Of a stretch of 64,000 nucleotides of DNA, positions 13,345 to 27,457 are shown one piece after another. Every line of letters starts with the position of its first letter. Positions within the stretch are counted from its first letter, which is position 1. The notes beneath the pieces are model-generated. The model was not told the DNA's origin, searched no databases, and saw only the letters and a list, made by a program, of their open reading frames with translations. This stretch comes from Octopus sinensis. Its lineage: Eukaryota. The translations under genes and the position numbers were made by a program. The stretch spans positions 33,988,464 to 34,052,463 of the forward strand of contig NC_043011.1 of assembly GCF_006345805.1 (NCBI RefSeq), in the 5' to 3' direction.

Positions 13345-13637
13345 GTGGAGACACATGGCCTAGTGGTTAGAGCAGCGGATTCGCGGTCATGGGATCGCAG
13401 GTTTGAATCTCAGACCGGGTGTGTGTTTATGAGCAAAACATCTAAGCTCCACACGGCTCTGGTAGAAGGTAATGGCGAACTTCTGCTGACTCTTTCGCTA
13501 CAACTTTCTCTCACTCTTTCTTCCTGCATCTCACCTGCGATGGACCGGCATCCCATCCAGGTGGGGAACCTATACACCAAGGAAACCGGGAAGCCGGCCC
13601 TATGAGCCAGGTGGGTGTGGCTCGAGAAGGAACAAAT
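13345..13637 (+). mobile_element. tRNA-derived SINE with V-domain-like segment
   Basis: Head tggcctagtggttag...gtttgaatc; ctgcgatggaccggcatcccatccagg at 13535 resembles the V-SINE core. Confidence 0.7.
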
Positions 13638-13938
13638 GAAAAAAAAAACACAGCACACACACACATCATATTTCCACATAAATCATCATCATTTAATGTT
13701 TGTTTTTCCCACTGAAATTGGTTCAATGGCTTGACAGGAACTGGCAAAGCTAGGAGCTGCATCAGGTTCCAAATTTCAGTGCTGACCATTTTCTCCTTTA
13801 CACACACACACACACATACAATGTACATACATATGTACGTATATTCGAATGAGACCTGAAGCATAATAAGAATTACATTTCAAAGAAAAGTAAAATTGTC
13901 CTCAAAATCAGAATACTTGAAACAAGAGAAAATCTTAC

Positions 13939-14088
13939 CAATGCTTCTAGTTCACATTTTAAATTGCTGCTCTGTGACTTAAGAGTTTCTAACTGTTCAT
14001 ATTCACGGTGTTTCTCAGACAGAAGGTGTTCTTTACGCTGTCTTTCCCATTCCATCTGTCTTTGCCGTTCTAATTCTCGCCTGGCAGC
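13939..14088 (-). CDS. ITSN1: Intersectin coiled-coil exon (150 nt, phase 0-0)
   Basis: tattgcag|...TTG|gtaaga; reads AARRELERQRQMEWERQRKEHLLSEKHREYEQLETLKSQSSNLKCELEAL (cf. vertebrate AAKRELERQRQLEWER...ELEAL). Confidence 0.97.
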
Positions 14089-15976
14089 CTGCAATATACC
14101 GAAAAATAATTTTAGTTGAAACAGAGGCTACACATTTCAGTTACAATTTAAATGAAGAAAAAAATTATCATTATTATTATTATCATTGTTGTTATTATAT
14201 AGTGGCAAGATTGTGGAATCATTAGCACACTGGGAAAAATACTTTGCAGCATGTCATCTGTCTTTACATGCTGAGTTCAAATTCTACCAAGGCCAACTTT
14301 GCTTTCATCTTTTCAGGGTCAATAAAATAAGTACCAGTTGAGCACTGGGGTCAATGTAATCAACTAACTCCCTCTCCTGAACTTGCTGGCTTTGTACCAA
14401 TATTTGAAATTATTATTATTCAATAGTCTTAATTTTATCACATGAAAGCATGTGCCTTGAGTATGTGCTGTGGTTTGTTTTGGTGTTTTTATTTTCATTG
14501 TGTTTAAAGTGCTTTATGTAGGATGTATGCGGTTGCTAGTAGTGCTATTTTCTGTATTGGCAGAATCATCAGCACACCAGGCAAAATGCTAAGCGGCATT
14601 TCGTACACCTTGACATTCTGAGTTCTAATTCTACTGAGGTCAACTTTGCCTTTTATCCTTTCGAGGTTGATAAAATAAGTACCAGTGGAGTACAAGAGGT
14701 GGGGGGGTCGATGTAATTGACTAGTCCTCTCCCCACAAACTTCAGGCCTTGTGCCTTTAGTAGAAAGGATTATTATTATTATTATTATTCTTACTGGTGG
14801 TGTGGCAGAATCGTAAGAACATCAGGAAAATGTATTGATTTCAGCTCTTTACATTCTGAGTTCAAATCCTGCCCAGGTCAAATTTTGCCTTTCAGCTTTC
14901 CAAGATTGGGGGTGTCAATAAAATACCAGACATAGGGTTGATATAATCAATTTTTCCCCTGCAGCAAAAATGTCTGGTCTTCTGTCTTTGTTTGAGATTA
15001 TTATCATTATAATTAAGGTTGTGAGTTGCCACGATCGTTAGCACATCAAACAAAATGCTTAGAAGCATTTCTTTTAGCACTTTATGTACTGAGTTCAAAT
15101 TCTACCAAGGTCAACTTTGTTTTTCATTCTACCAAGGATCACCATCATCATTGTCATCATCATCACCGTCATCATTGCCATTTGATATCTGCTTTCCATG
15201 CCGGTATGGGTTAGACAGTTTTACAGGAGCTGGCTAGGCAAAAGACTGCACTAGATTTCTGTGTCTGTTTTGGCATGGTTTTCATGGCTGGACGCCCTTC
15301 CTAATACCTACACTCCGCAGAGTGGCATGAGCACAGGCAAGGTCAGTTCTGGCATCGTCTTTACAGCTTGATGCCCTTCTAAATGTGTGGACTGGATGCT
15401 TTTTATGTGGCACCAGCACTGGCAGGGTCACCAAGTAACTTGCAAGACTAACATCCTTTGAGATGGGATGGGGCATTGGAGGAGGTGATCTTGTACCAGA
15501 TGATGAAAGGTTAAAGAAAGTAAATACCAGTTCAGCACTGGGGTTGATGTAACTGACTTACTCCTCCTCTAAAATTGCTGGCCTTGTGCAAAAATTTGAA
15601 ACTATTTTTTTTATTTATTTTACTTCATACCAATATATATTTTTAATATAGTGTCACAAGAAGGTCACAGATTGCTGGGAAAAGGATAATTATTTTTGAT
15701 CATTACCAACACATGACAGATATTATATCTCATCAATCCTAAAAGGATGAAAGGCAAAGCCCACCTTGGCTCAAATCAAACTCAGAACATAAGAGGATCC
15801 ACTAAATACTGCAAAAAAGGAGCAAAAAAAAATTTGTTTGATACTCCATTGATTTTGCCAAACCAACACCATAGCTGTACACCAATATTTATTGGTTACT
15901 GATTAACAACAACTGATAAGGTAAAAAAAAAAAAAAAAACTTGTGGAGGGTATTGTGGTAGGTTTCTATCACTTAC

Positions 15977-16088
15977 CTCCCTTTGTTCCATCATTTTTCG
16001 TCTTTGTTCTTCACGCTCCCGCTCAATTTCTCTCTGTTTCTCAAGTTGGCGTTCCAACTCCATCTGGCGTTTTCGTTCTTGTTCCAAT
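15977..16088 (-). CDS. ITSN1: Intersectin coiled-coil exon (112 nt, phase 2-0)
   Basis: ttcttgtgacag|...GAG|gtaagt; reads [38 protein letters not shown]. Confidence 0.97.
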
Positions 16089-16349
16089 CTGTCACAAGAA
16101 TACAAGAAGACTACATGTCAACAACAACAACAACAACATCATCATCATCAGCAGTAGCAGAAGCAGCCCTGCCGCCACCATTAGCACTGCCATTATCATC
16201 ATTGTTTTTAGGTCGACTTTTCCATAATGGCATAAGTTGGACAGTACTTTTTTTTTTGAGGCAATGTTTTATGGCCAGACACCCTTCTTAGTTGCTTCAG
16301 TGACACACGGATGTATGGTGTTTCTATTCAAAAACAGGGACTCATCATC

Positions 16350-16930
16350 ATCATTTAATGTCTATTTTCCATGCTGGTATGTGTTGGACAGTTTGACAGA
16401 AGCTGGCCAGCTAATGAGCTGCCTAGGTTCCATGTCTGTTTTGGCTGGATGCCCTTCCTAATGTCAACCACTTTACAGAGTGTACTAGGGTGATTTTACA
16501 CAGCACGGGTGCTTTTTACATGGTACTGGCACCCACAAGCCAGCAACATTAGGAATGCTCAGCTGGAATGGAATGTAGGGGACATGCCTGTATACAAGGA
16601 CAAACTACATATTGACTTAGCTTGACGTGTTTCTCAGGCACAGCAAACCACCAGAAGTCTCAGTCCTCTGTCATCCCCTCTGTGAGGCCCAACATTTGAA
16701 GATCCTTTCTCACCACTTTGTCCCACATCTTCTTGGGTCTACCCTTTCCACACATTCTCTCCACAATTAGAGCTTGGCACTTCTTAGTGCAACTGTTTTC
16801 ATTCATATGCATTACATGACCATACCAGCACAGTCTTCTCTCTTGCATCTGATGCCCCATATACCCAGTTTTTCTCTCAAATAACACACTGTTGTATACG
16901 CACACTGACATTACCCATCCAGTGTTCATA
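16350..16930 (-). mobile_element. 5'-truncated RTE LINE (ORF C-terminus plus 3' UTR ending in (TGA)n)
   Basis: ORF 16660-16929 reads QERRLCWYGHVMHM...GKGRPKKMWDKVVRKDL..LGLTEGMTED and runs into the common catcatcatttaatgtc tail family. Confidence 0.85.
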
Positions 16931-17651
16931 CGGGCTTCACTTCTTTCAAGCCTTCACATGCCCCCAGCAGTCACAGCCCATGTTTCATTGCTACATAGCA
17001 TAACTGTTCATACACAGGCATCAATAAATCTGCTTTTCACTGAGGAAGAGGCCCTTCGTTACTAACAGAGGTAGTAGCTCTCTGAACTTTCCCCAGCCTA
17101 TTCTTATGCTTTCAGAACAACCTTCACCACTGCTAACTTGGTTACCTAAGTAACAGAATAAATAAGCATTACATTTGACAGAGTAATCTGAATGCTTAAA
17201 GGGTTAAAGAACGGGAATGTTAAAAACTCTACTACTGCACTTCTAAAAAGATGGGATGATCACAACTGGAATGCCTAACCTGAAGCTAAACAAATACAAA
17301 AATAGCTCCAATACAATGAGATATTAATCTTCCCTCTATTTTCTTCTGCTGTTACACCACAACAGCTTTTGTTCCACTAAAACAACAGTATACCACTCCT
17401 GCCCAAGACAACTTGCCCTTTTTTTTTTTCATCAACATCCCTACAGTGTATTACTAACAAAAGTCCCTTGTTGAACACAACTTTTAGCACCCAGAACAAC
17501 AAAATTCTGGAATTTCCTCTCTCTCTAAGCACATATTCCCAGCAGATATCAGTATTGACTTCACCGGTCAGCAAGGGTCAGCCTGTAAACAATATAAGAA
17601 CTTTCTCTCCCCACTTGCATTAAGAAATAAAGGTGAGAAAATATGTTTCAA

Positions 17652-18091
17652 CCCTTTTGTTATCATATTTCTGATAAAATTCATTGCTACTGTTATAATT
17701 AATTTTGAAAACAAAGAAGAATTTAGTGAGGTAATTTTGTCATTATTAAGCTTGTGATTGAAATATAAATTGACATGAAATTTTGACGAAAAGTTTTAAT
17801 TTAGGTTACTTTAAAATAAGAAATACGTATCACAGAACCAGAGACAGGTTCAGGTGGGTTGGTATCAAAAGGGTTAACCTTTTTGATACCATATTTCCAT
17901 TCAAATTGTTTTAATTAATTTTGAAAATAACAAAGAATTCAGTAAAATAATTTTGTCATTATTAAGATAGTATTTGGAATATAAAATAACATGAAACTGA
18001 TGGAAGGACGACTCTAATTAAGACAACGTTAAAGCAAAAAGTTTGTATCGTAAAACCAGGGACAGTTTCAGGTGGGTCAGAATCAAAAGGA
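17652..18091. mobile_element. Two head-to-tail piggyBac-like MITEs sharing one TTAA
   Basis: 17652-17873 and 17878-18091 joined by aaaaggg-TTAA-ccttttt. Confidence 0.75.
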
Positions 18092-18170
18092 TTAAACTAA
18101 ACCAAAAAATGAAGACAAAGACAGTTAAAAAGAAAACTCAGGGGTCTCTTAACATTAATAGAAACAATAT

Positions 18171-18620
18171 CAGGTGTGGGTGCGTGGTAAGAAGCCTGCT
18201 TGCCAACAACATGGTTCTTGGTTCAGTCATACTGCATGGCACCTTGAGCAAGCGTCTTCTATTACAGCCTCTGGTTGACCAAGGCCTTGTGAATAGATTT
18301 GGGAGATGGAAACTGAAAGAAGCCCATTGTATATATATTTGTGTGTGTGTGTGCGTGCGTGTGTGTGTGTGTGTGCATGTGTGTGTGTGTGTTTATCTGT
18401 GTGTCTTTGCATCTGTGTTTGTCCCTCACCATTGCTTGACAACTGGGGTTGGTGTGTTTACGTCTTAGTAACTTAGCAGTTCAGCAAAAGAGACCGATAG
18501 AATAAGTACCAGGCTTTAAAAAAAAAAAAAGTAAGTCCAAGGGTCAATCTGTTCGACTAAAAACCCCTTTGCGGTGGTGCCCCAGCATGGCCGCAGACAA
18601 TATGAGCGAAACAAGTAAAA
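18171..18620 (+). mobile_element. tRNA-derived SINE (family with internal (TG)n)
   Basis: A/B-box-like head gtggtaagaag...gggttcagtc, ccttg(g/a)gcaagtgtctt core; relatives near 421-700, 4655-4990, 9880-10290, 19082-19470 and 47625-47790. Confidence 0.85.
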
Positions 18621-19720
18621 GCTAAACGATAGAGATCAGTGTAAGCTAAATATCAGTTCTGACCCATTCAGAATAATGCCCTCAGCTACTGCACTCTGCC
18701 ATTCATGAGTGCAGTGAACAGCTGCAGCAGCTGCACCTGCATAAATTTTCCCACAATCAGTAAATATCAGTTTGAATAATGTAACACTACAATGACAGAC
18801 GCATAGACATGTTTTAACACATCTCAAATGGGACAACACATTGTCGACACAAAGGAACACATACGCATTAAGATTATACGTTAGTATTACCAAAATACGT
18901 ACACACACATACATGCACACTAACACTATATGTTAGTTCAGTATTACTAGCATACTCACAGACACACAATCTTTCTGGCATGATTAATTGACATTGTTCA
19001 TAAACCAAATTAACAACACACACACACACACAAAAGCCTCTAAAGTAGGAGAATACGTTGTCACCACAAATTACATAGGAGAAGGAATAGCTGTGTGGCA
19101 AGAAGTTTGTTTCCTGACTACATGGTTCTGGGTTCAATCCCACTGCATGGTACCTTGGGCAAGTGTCTTCTACAACAGCCCTGGGTTAACCAAAGCCTTG
19201 TGAATAGATTTGGTAGATGGAAACTGAAAGAAGCACATTGTATATATATTTGAGTGTGTGTGTGTGTGTGTGTTTGTCCCCCACCATAGTGTGCCAACCA
19301 GTGTAGGTGTATTTACAACCATGTAACATAGCAGTTCAACAAAAGAGACTGATAGAATAAGTAAGAGGCTTAAACAAATAAGTACTGAGGTCAATCTATT
19401 TGAGTAAAATTGTAAAATTCTTCAAGGCAGTGCCCCAGCATGGCCACAGTCTAATGAACTGAAACAAGTAAACAATATACACTAACATGTATAGTGTTAT
19501 TAACATACAGACACACAAAATCTATTTAGTCTGTTCATAAACCAAATTACACACATATTACATTTTGAGGCTGATGATGTAACACTCCTAAACAACGACA
19601 GTATACCTTAAACTTAAAGATCTAAATAGTCACATATTGCTAGAAATAACAGCAAAAAATGTCTCTCCCTACTCCTTTGGGAAAAGAAAAGAATCATTTG
19701 ACAGTATATAAAAATCTTAC

Positions 19721-19871
19721 CTTTGCTGTTCCCGCTTTTCATGTTCCTTCCTTTCTTTTTCCAAACGCAGTTCCTCCTCCCGCTTCAACTGTTCCTGTAA
19801 TATTGCACGGCGCCTCTCCAGCTCAGCTTGACCTTTTTCGAAATTCTCTTTCCTTCGGTCTTCAAATGTGA
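19721..19871 (-). CDS. ITSN1: Intersectin exon, start of KLERQ coiled coil (151 nt, phase 1-2)
   Basis: cctttctccag|...CAAAG|gtaaga; reads [51 protein letters not shown], the diagnostic intersectin TFED.RKENF..G..ELE.RR motif. Confidence 0.97.
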
Positions 19872-20924
19872 CTGGAGAAAGGAAAGGAAGGAAACATTGT
19901 AACAAACGAGGATAGTGTTAGACATCCACAAAATGTATTTATACACACAAACAGATTGGAGCCTGGTGCGGCCGTCTGGTTCGCCAGCCCTCAGTCAAAA
20001 TCATCCAACCCATGCTAGCATGGAAAGCAGACGTTAAATGATGATGATGATGAAACAGACACGCATACATATTTACATCATCATCATTTCAACACCCTCT
20101 TTTCCATGCTTGTATGGTTTGGATGGAATTTGTTGTGGCAGACTTTCTCTGACCAGCTGCCCTTTCTAGTTTTTTTGATAATCAGATTATTATAAACAAA
20201 CAAATTAACCCTTTAGCATTCAGATTATTCTGTCAAACGTAATGCTTATTTATTCACATTGTTTCCAATTAAATCATGCACTATCTTGCAGCTTCAAGGT
20301 TTCAGTGATGTTATTGCCTATTTTTAGAATAACCTTGTAGGGTAGATGTGAGAAGCCAGATCTGAAGGTAAAATGTGTAGAATATTTGGCCTGGATATGG
20401 CCAGTTTAAACACTAAAGGGTCAAATTAATTAAACACGCTGAAAAATTTTAAGTTTATTCTTAAAATTTTTAATTAATCAACAATTAAACTACATTTGAC
20501 TTTTGAATACATTTAAGTCTAACTGCATATGTATATTTTGTATGTATGTTAGTGTGTGTTGTTTAACCACAGGTCAGTCCTGATCATGTAGATATCTATG
20601 ACCAAAAGCGTTCCATCCATGACCATCCCCTATTTCATTCAGGCATCAATTATCTAGAATTCACATTATCCAATGTGTCCTTCTTTTATTAAGATAGTAG
20701 TAGGTTGTGGTTTCAAACTTTGGCTGCTAATTCTGCAACTAATAAGCAGTTCAAATAGCAACTAATAACTGCTATTAAGCAGATCAAACGACCATAAAGA
20801 GACTCCTTCAGTGACACAGACACACACTCATCTCTCTCTTTCTTTCTCTCTCTCTCTCACTCTGAGCAGCCTGACAGTAAGAATGCTAAGCTCACATCCG
20901 TTAGATTCATCCAACAATGGCAGG

Positions 20925-21330
20925 ACAAAGGCCTTGGGCTTAATTCAGATGGCTATGGGAAGCTGGAGACTGTAGTCAAACCCTGGTTGGAGAGAACTGC
21001 TGCTGCTGGAAGGCTATATGTGTTGCAACAGGATTCAGCTCCTTGTCATACTTCCAGAAAGAGTTAGAGGTAGTTTGTCAGAGAATTTCTACAACTTGAT
21101 AGCCCCAATTTCTGGTCTCCTAATTCTTCCAATTGTAATCCCATGGATTAATGTGTGGGGCATGGTTGAGAAAGACACTAAATTGCCAGCAACACTGAGG
21201 CTGAGCAGGTAGCCAATATCAAGATATTCAAAGATCTTCCCAGAGACACAGTGAGCAATGTATGTGACAGATACCAGAGCCTCCTTGAGGCCAAGGTAGA
21301 AGCTGAATGTAGCCAGTTTGAGAAAACTGC
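20925..21330 (+). pseudogene. Degraded Tc1/mariner-superfamily (maT/DD37D-like) transposase C-terminal fragment
   Basis: Frameshifted remnants of Y.LQQDSAPCHTSRK, LSENF, W.PNS..CNPMD..VWGMVEKDT and LLEAKVEA.....FE. Confidence 0.8.
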
Positions 21331-21491
21331 TATCTTCTACCCATAATCTGATATTTTTTATATCTTTTTTTTAAATACTTTTATTTTTGGATGTAATAAT
21401 TGTGTCTTCTTTTTCTTTTATGCAAACTGTCACATTTAGCCTTAACACTCTGTAGGTAAATTTGCCACATTTGTCTACTAAGTATATATAC

Positions 21492-21530
<39 letters not shown>

Positions 21531-21738
21531 CTTGAGTCTGTTGTAATGAATCCATAAATATACAAAACATCCAAGGGTATATTTTTTTTACCCTCTGAAG
21601 ATATTATGCTCAGGTGATATAAATATAAATTTAATATTTACTGAGTATTAATTGAAACAGCCGTAAGTGAACCTGATGAATAATAAACAATTAACTTCCC
21701 AATTTCCATTTTCTTTTTCTTCTTTCATTTATATATAT

Positions 21739-22253
21739 ACTAGCAGTATCGCCCGGCGTTGCTCGGATTTGTAAGGGAAATAACTATATAAGCATTTGTA
21801 GAGAGTTACTTCCCTTATAGATGCCAATTCGGTCTTTCTTAGCTATTTCTGTTTTGGTGTCTTCAAGCCATGAAGTCGTTGTTCTAAAAGAACGCTGGTC
21901 TCCTTGACAACGCTTTACGACGTTGATTTCCTTACACTCCCTTCCCCACAGCTTCACGAGGCAGGGAAGAAGGGGGAGAAGCAAACAGGTGCAGTTGTGA
22001 CTATGGACGCCAACTCCACCGCCATCGACACATGAAAAATTATGCATTAAAATGGAATAAAAAATTATGTTAAATTATTTTTAAAATCGTAGACTCATCG
22101 TAGACGCGCGCTAATACTCAGATGGGCTCGATATGAATCACGACTATAAGATACCCAAATTTGGTTAAACTGCACCGCAAAATGTGGGAGTAGTTAGGAA
22201 TCTAAATCGAAGGGGACAGACACTCACACAACTACAGTTTTATATATATAGAT
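21739..22253 (+). mobile_element. Helitron/Helentron-like non-autonomous element
   Basis: 5' actagc...cccggcgttgctcgg and 3' ttttatatatatagat; a related start and end occur at 44612-44980. Confidence 0.5.
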
Positions 22254-22269
22254 ATATATATATATATAT

Positions 22270-22921
22270 ATATTTATTATATAGAAGGAGCTTCTACAGG
22301 ACTAGAACTGTTTCATTCAAGAGAAAACTTCAGGAAGCTAGTTAACAAGAATTGCATTGGCATTTATACATTTAGGCAGGTTTAAAGGGATGTTGGTGGG
22401 GGACTTTTTGGGGGTAGGCATAGCGCAAAATATCATACTTGGGGGAGTGGTCAAGGAGTCAGTGTTAAATTAGATAGAAGAATAAATAAAAAAATAAAAA
22501 AATATATAAAAAAATATATAAAAATATATATAAAAAAAGGGAATAGAGTTTTAGGTAACTAAGGAGATTCTCACTTATACCTATGCACATATGTATACAT
22601 ATATACACACACATACAAACATATATACATATACATACACACATACGTACACACACACATATATACATATATATACACTTACACATACATATACATATCT
22701 ACACATACACATATACATACATATACATACACACACTCACATGCATACACGTATATATACACACACGACCACACATACATATACCCACAGAAAAATATAT
22801 ATACACATACACACACATACTCACATACACGCATACACACACATAGCACACACATGCACACACAGCAGCACACTAGTCCCTATATACACATATATACACA
22901 TACACACACATATACACACAC

Positions 22922-22979
<58 letters not shown>

Positions 22980-23442
22980 CATATGTGTACCTATGCATAC
23001 TACACATACACACATATATATACACATACAATACAGACCCATCCCTAATTTTAATTTTATTATCTTCATTTATTACTTTTGTTATCTTTGATCGCTGGTC
23101 ACAAACATCTTGGCTATGACAGCCAGTCCATTTATCTGTCTACTGGAAAACAAGCACTCATTTACTCACGCACACTCTTTAGCACGTACACTCACTCATT
23201 CGCACACTCATACACATACACGCACGCACGTGTATATTCATACATACATACATCTACATACATTCACGTATATACACATACGTACGCGTACCTACAGATT
23301 CATGTCTACACTCTTAGAAGGCTAGTCTATACGTATACACCAATAAATATAAATACACACACATACATATACACCTACATACAAATACATACATGTATAT
23401 ATATATATACATATACATACATATCCACATATATATACATAC

Positions 23443-23473
<31 letters not shown>

Positions 23474-23682
23474 CATATACATACATATACACATATACAT
23501 ATATACATATATACATACATACACATACATACGTATACATACATACATACATACATCCATACATACATACATTTATACACATACACACACCCACACGTAT
23601 ACATATACGTACATATATATACGCGCATGCATACACATACAAATACATACACATACGCATATACATATACATACATACACAT

Positions 23683-23714
<32 letters not shown>

Positions 23715-24387
23715 CTATATATATACATACACACACATACATATACATACATACATATACAAATATACGCACACACATACATACATACTCATATACACAT
23801 ACACGCACATACACATGTACATGCGTACCCATACACACACACACACACACGCGCATCCATATATACACATAAGTACACACATGCGTAAAAGTATACATAT
23901 ATCTATGCTTACACATACACACACACACACGTGCCTCCTTATATTCATACTTACATGCATACTCAAAAAATAAGTAAATAGTAAAATATATATACGCGCA
24001 GTTATGCATACTCAAAAAAATAATAATAATATATAAGTATATGTACGTGCAGTTACCTATTATATAGACGGACATACATATAAACTTACACACACATATA
24101 TATATATATATATATAATAAATATACATATAACACACATATATATATACATATACATATATACATATATATATACACACACATATACACATATATATATA
24201 TATATACATACTTACACACATGTACAAATACATACACACATAGATAACTCTACGTACCTACATATACATAAACACACAAGCGTACACGTATATGTACATA
24301 TACACATACACATACACACGCATATATATACATACATACATACACATACACACATATATACACACACACACAACATATATATATATA
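22270..24387 (+). repeat. Truncated direct copy of the left arm of the inverted repeat
   Basis: tttattatatagaaggagcttctacagg at ~22272 recurs at ~24536; the islands that follow recur in the same order. Confidence 0.92.
22289..22339 (-). ncRNA. Hammerhead ribozyme motif copy with A9U core substitution (probably inactive)
   Basis: Same 51-nt fold, but the core reads CTGAAGT instead of CTGAAGA. Confidence 0.6.
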
Positions 24388-24551
24388 CTTGTTCCAATAC
24401 TTTGTTTCTACCATCTACCTACCATATTTGTGTGTGTGTATGTATATATACAATATATATATATATGTAGGTCCCGGGTTGATTCGGGGTAACCACAGTA
24501 AATAAGGTACTCAATACATAGTAGAGTAAAATTAATTTATTATATAGAAGG

Positions 24552-24601
24552 AGCTTCTACAGGACTAGACTGTTTCATTCAAGAGAAATCTTCAGGAAGC
24601 T
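24552..24601 (-). ncRNA. Type I hammerhead ribozyme motif, sense to the intersectin pre-mRNA
   Basis: Reverse complement of the 30972 motif; core CTGAAGA/GAAA/GTA intact, loop III one nt shorter. Confidence 0.72.
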
Positions 24602-25209
24602 AGTTAACAAGAATTGTATTGGCATTTATACATTAGGCAGGTTAAAGGGATGTTGGTGGGGGACTTTTTGGGGGTAGGCATAGCGCAAAATATCATACTT
24701 GGGGGAGTGGTCAAGGAGTCAGTGTTAAATTAGATAGAAGAATAAATAAAAAATAAAAAAATATATAAAAAAATATATAAAAATATATATAAAAAAAGGG
24801 AATAGAGTTTTAGGTAACTAAGGAGATTCTCACTTATACCTATGCACATATGTATACATATATACACACACATACAAACATATATACATATACATACACA
24901 CATACGTACACACACACATATATACATATATATACACTTACACATACATATACATATCTACACATACACATATACATACATATACATACACACACTCACA
25001 TGCATACACGTATACACACATGTATATATACACACACGACCACACATACATATACCCACAGAAAAATATATATACACATACACACACATACTCACATACA
25101 CGCATACACACACATATGCACACACATGCACACACAGCAGCACACTAGTCCCTATATACACATATATACACATAACACACATATACACACACTACATATA
25201 CATACATAT

Positions 25210-25240
<31 letters not shown>

Positions 25241-25707
25241 CATATGTGTACCTATGCATACCTACACATACACACATATTATACACATACAAATACAGAC
25301 CCATTCCCTAATTTTAATTTTATTATCTTCATTTATTACTTTTGTATCTTTGATCGCTGGTCACAAACATTGGCTATGACAGCCAGTCCATTTATCTGTC
25401 TACTGGAAAACAAGCACTCATTTACTCACGCACACTCTTTAGCACGTACACTCACTCATTCGCACACTCATACACATACACGCACGCACGTGTTATTATT
25501 CATACATACATACATCTACATACATTCACGTATATACACATACGTACGCGTACCTACAGATTCATGTCTACACTCTTAGAAGGCTAGTCTATACGTATAC
25601 ACCAATAAATATAAATACACACACATACATATACACCTACATACAAATACATACATGTATATATATATATATAACATATACATACATATCCACATATATA
25701 TACATAC

Positions 25708-25740
<33 letters not shown>

Positions 25741-26357
25741 CATATACATACATATACACATATACATTATACATATATACATATACACACACATACACTA
25801 CATACATATACACACATACACATACATACGTATACATACATACATACATCCATACATACATACATTTATACACATACACACACCCACACGTATACATATA
25901 CGCATATATATACGCGCATGCATACACATACAAATACATACACATACGCATATACATATATATAATATATATATATATATCTATATATATACATACACAC
26001 ACATACATATACATACATACATATACAAATACGCACACACATACATACATACTCATATACACATACACGCACATACACATGTACATGCGTACCCATACAC
26101 ACACACACACACGCGCATCCATATATACACATAAGTACACACATGCGTAAAAGTATACATATATCTATGCTTACACATACACCACACACACACGTGCCTC
26201 CTTATATTCATACTTACATGCATACTCAAAAAATAAGTAAATAGTAAAATATATATACGCGCAGTTATGCATACTCAAAAAATAAATAATAAATATTAAG
26301 TATATGTACGTGCAGTTACCTATTATATAGACGGATACATACATAAAAACTTACACA

Positions 26358-26416
<59 letters not shown>

Positions 26417-26650
26417 TACACACATATATAATACATATAAATATTACATATATATATACACACACATATACACATATATATATATACATACTTACACACA
26501 TGTACAAATACATACACACATAGATAACTCTACGTACCTACATATACATAAACACACGAGCGTACACGTATATGTACATATACACATACACATACACACG
26601 CATATATATACATACATACATACACACCTATATTACACACACACACATAC

Positions 26651-26731
<81 letters not shown>

Positions 26732-27089
26732 TATACATGTGCTGCAAACATACATACCATACTCATACACGCACACACACTTAATATACATATATACACA
26801 CACTTACAACATATATATACATACACATATACATACATACATACATACATATATGCATACATACACCACACATATATATATATACATACATACACACACA
26901 CACACTTACATATACATATATACACACACTTACACACATATATATACATACACATATACATACAACATACATACATATATGCATACATACACAACACATT
27001 ATATATATATACATACTACACATACACATACCTATACATATATATACACATATATACACATGCACATACTTATATCTCTACATACTCGC

Positions 27090-27129
<40 letters not shown>

Positions 27130-27340
27130 TATACACACACATACATATACCTATATACACACACATATATATACGCATCTACAGTGTATCTACACTCACA
27201 TACATGCACATACACATAACTCTACATACCTACATATACATCGACATACTCGCGTACAACTATATATACACATATATACATATACACACACACATACATA
27301 TACATATATATATATATAAATATATACATAATACACATAT

Positions 27341-27378
<38 letters not shown>

Positions 27379-27403
27379 GTATAACACACACACAACACAC
27401 ACG

Positions 27404-27457
<54 letters not shown>

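Noticed and set aside
13345-13420. tRNA-like sequences here and at 43255-43328, 52152 and 57858
   Set aside because: They run into SINE bodies and lack a complete acceptor stem; treated as SINE heads.
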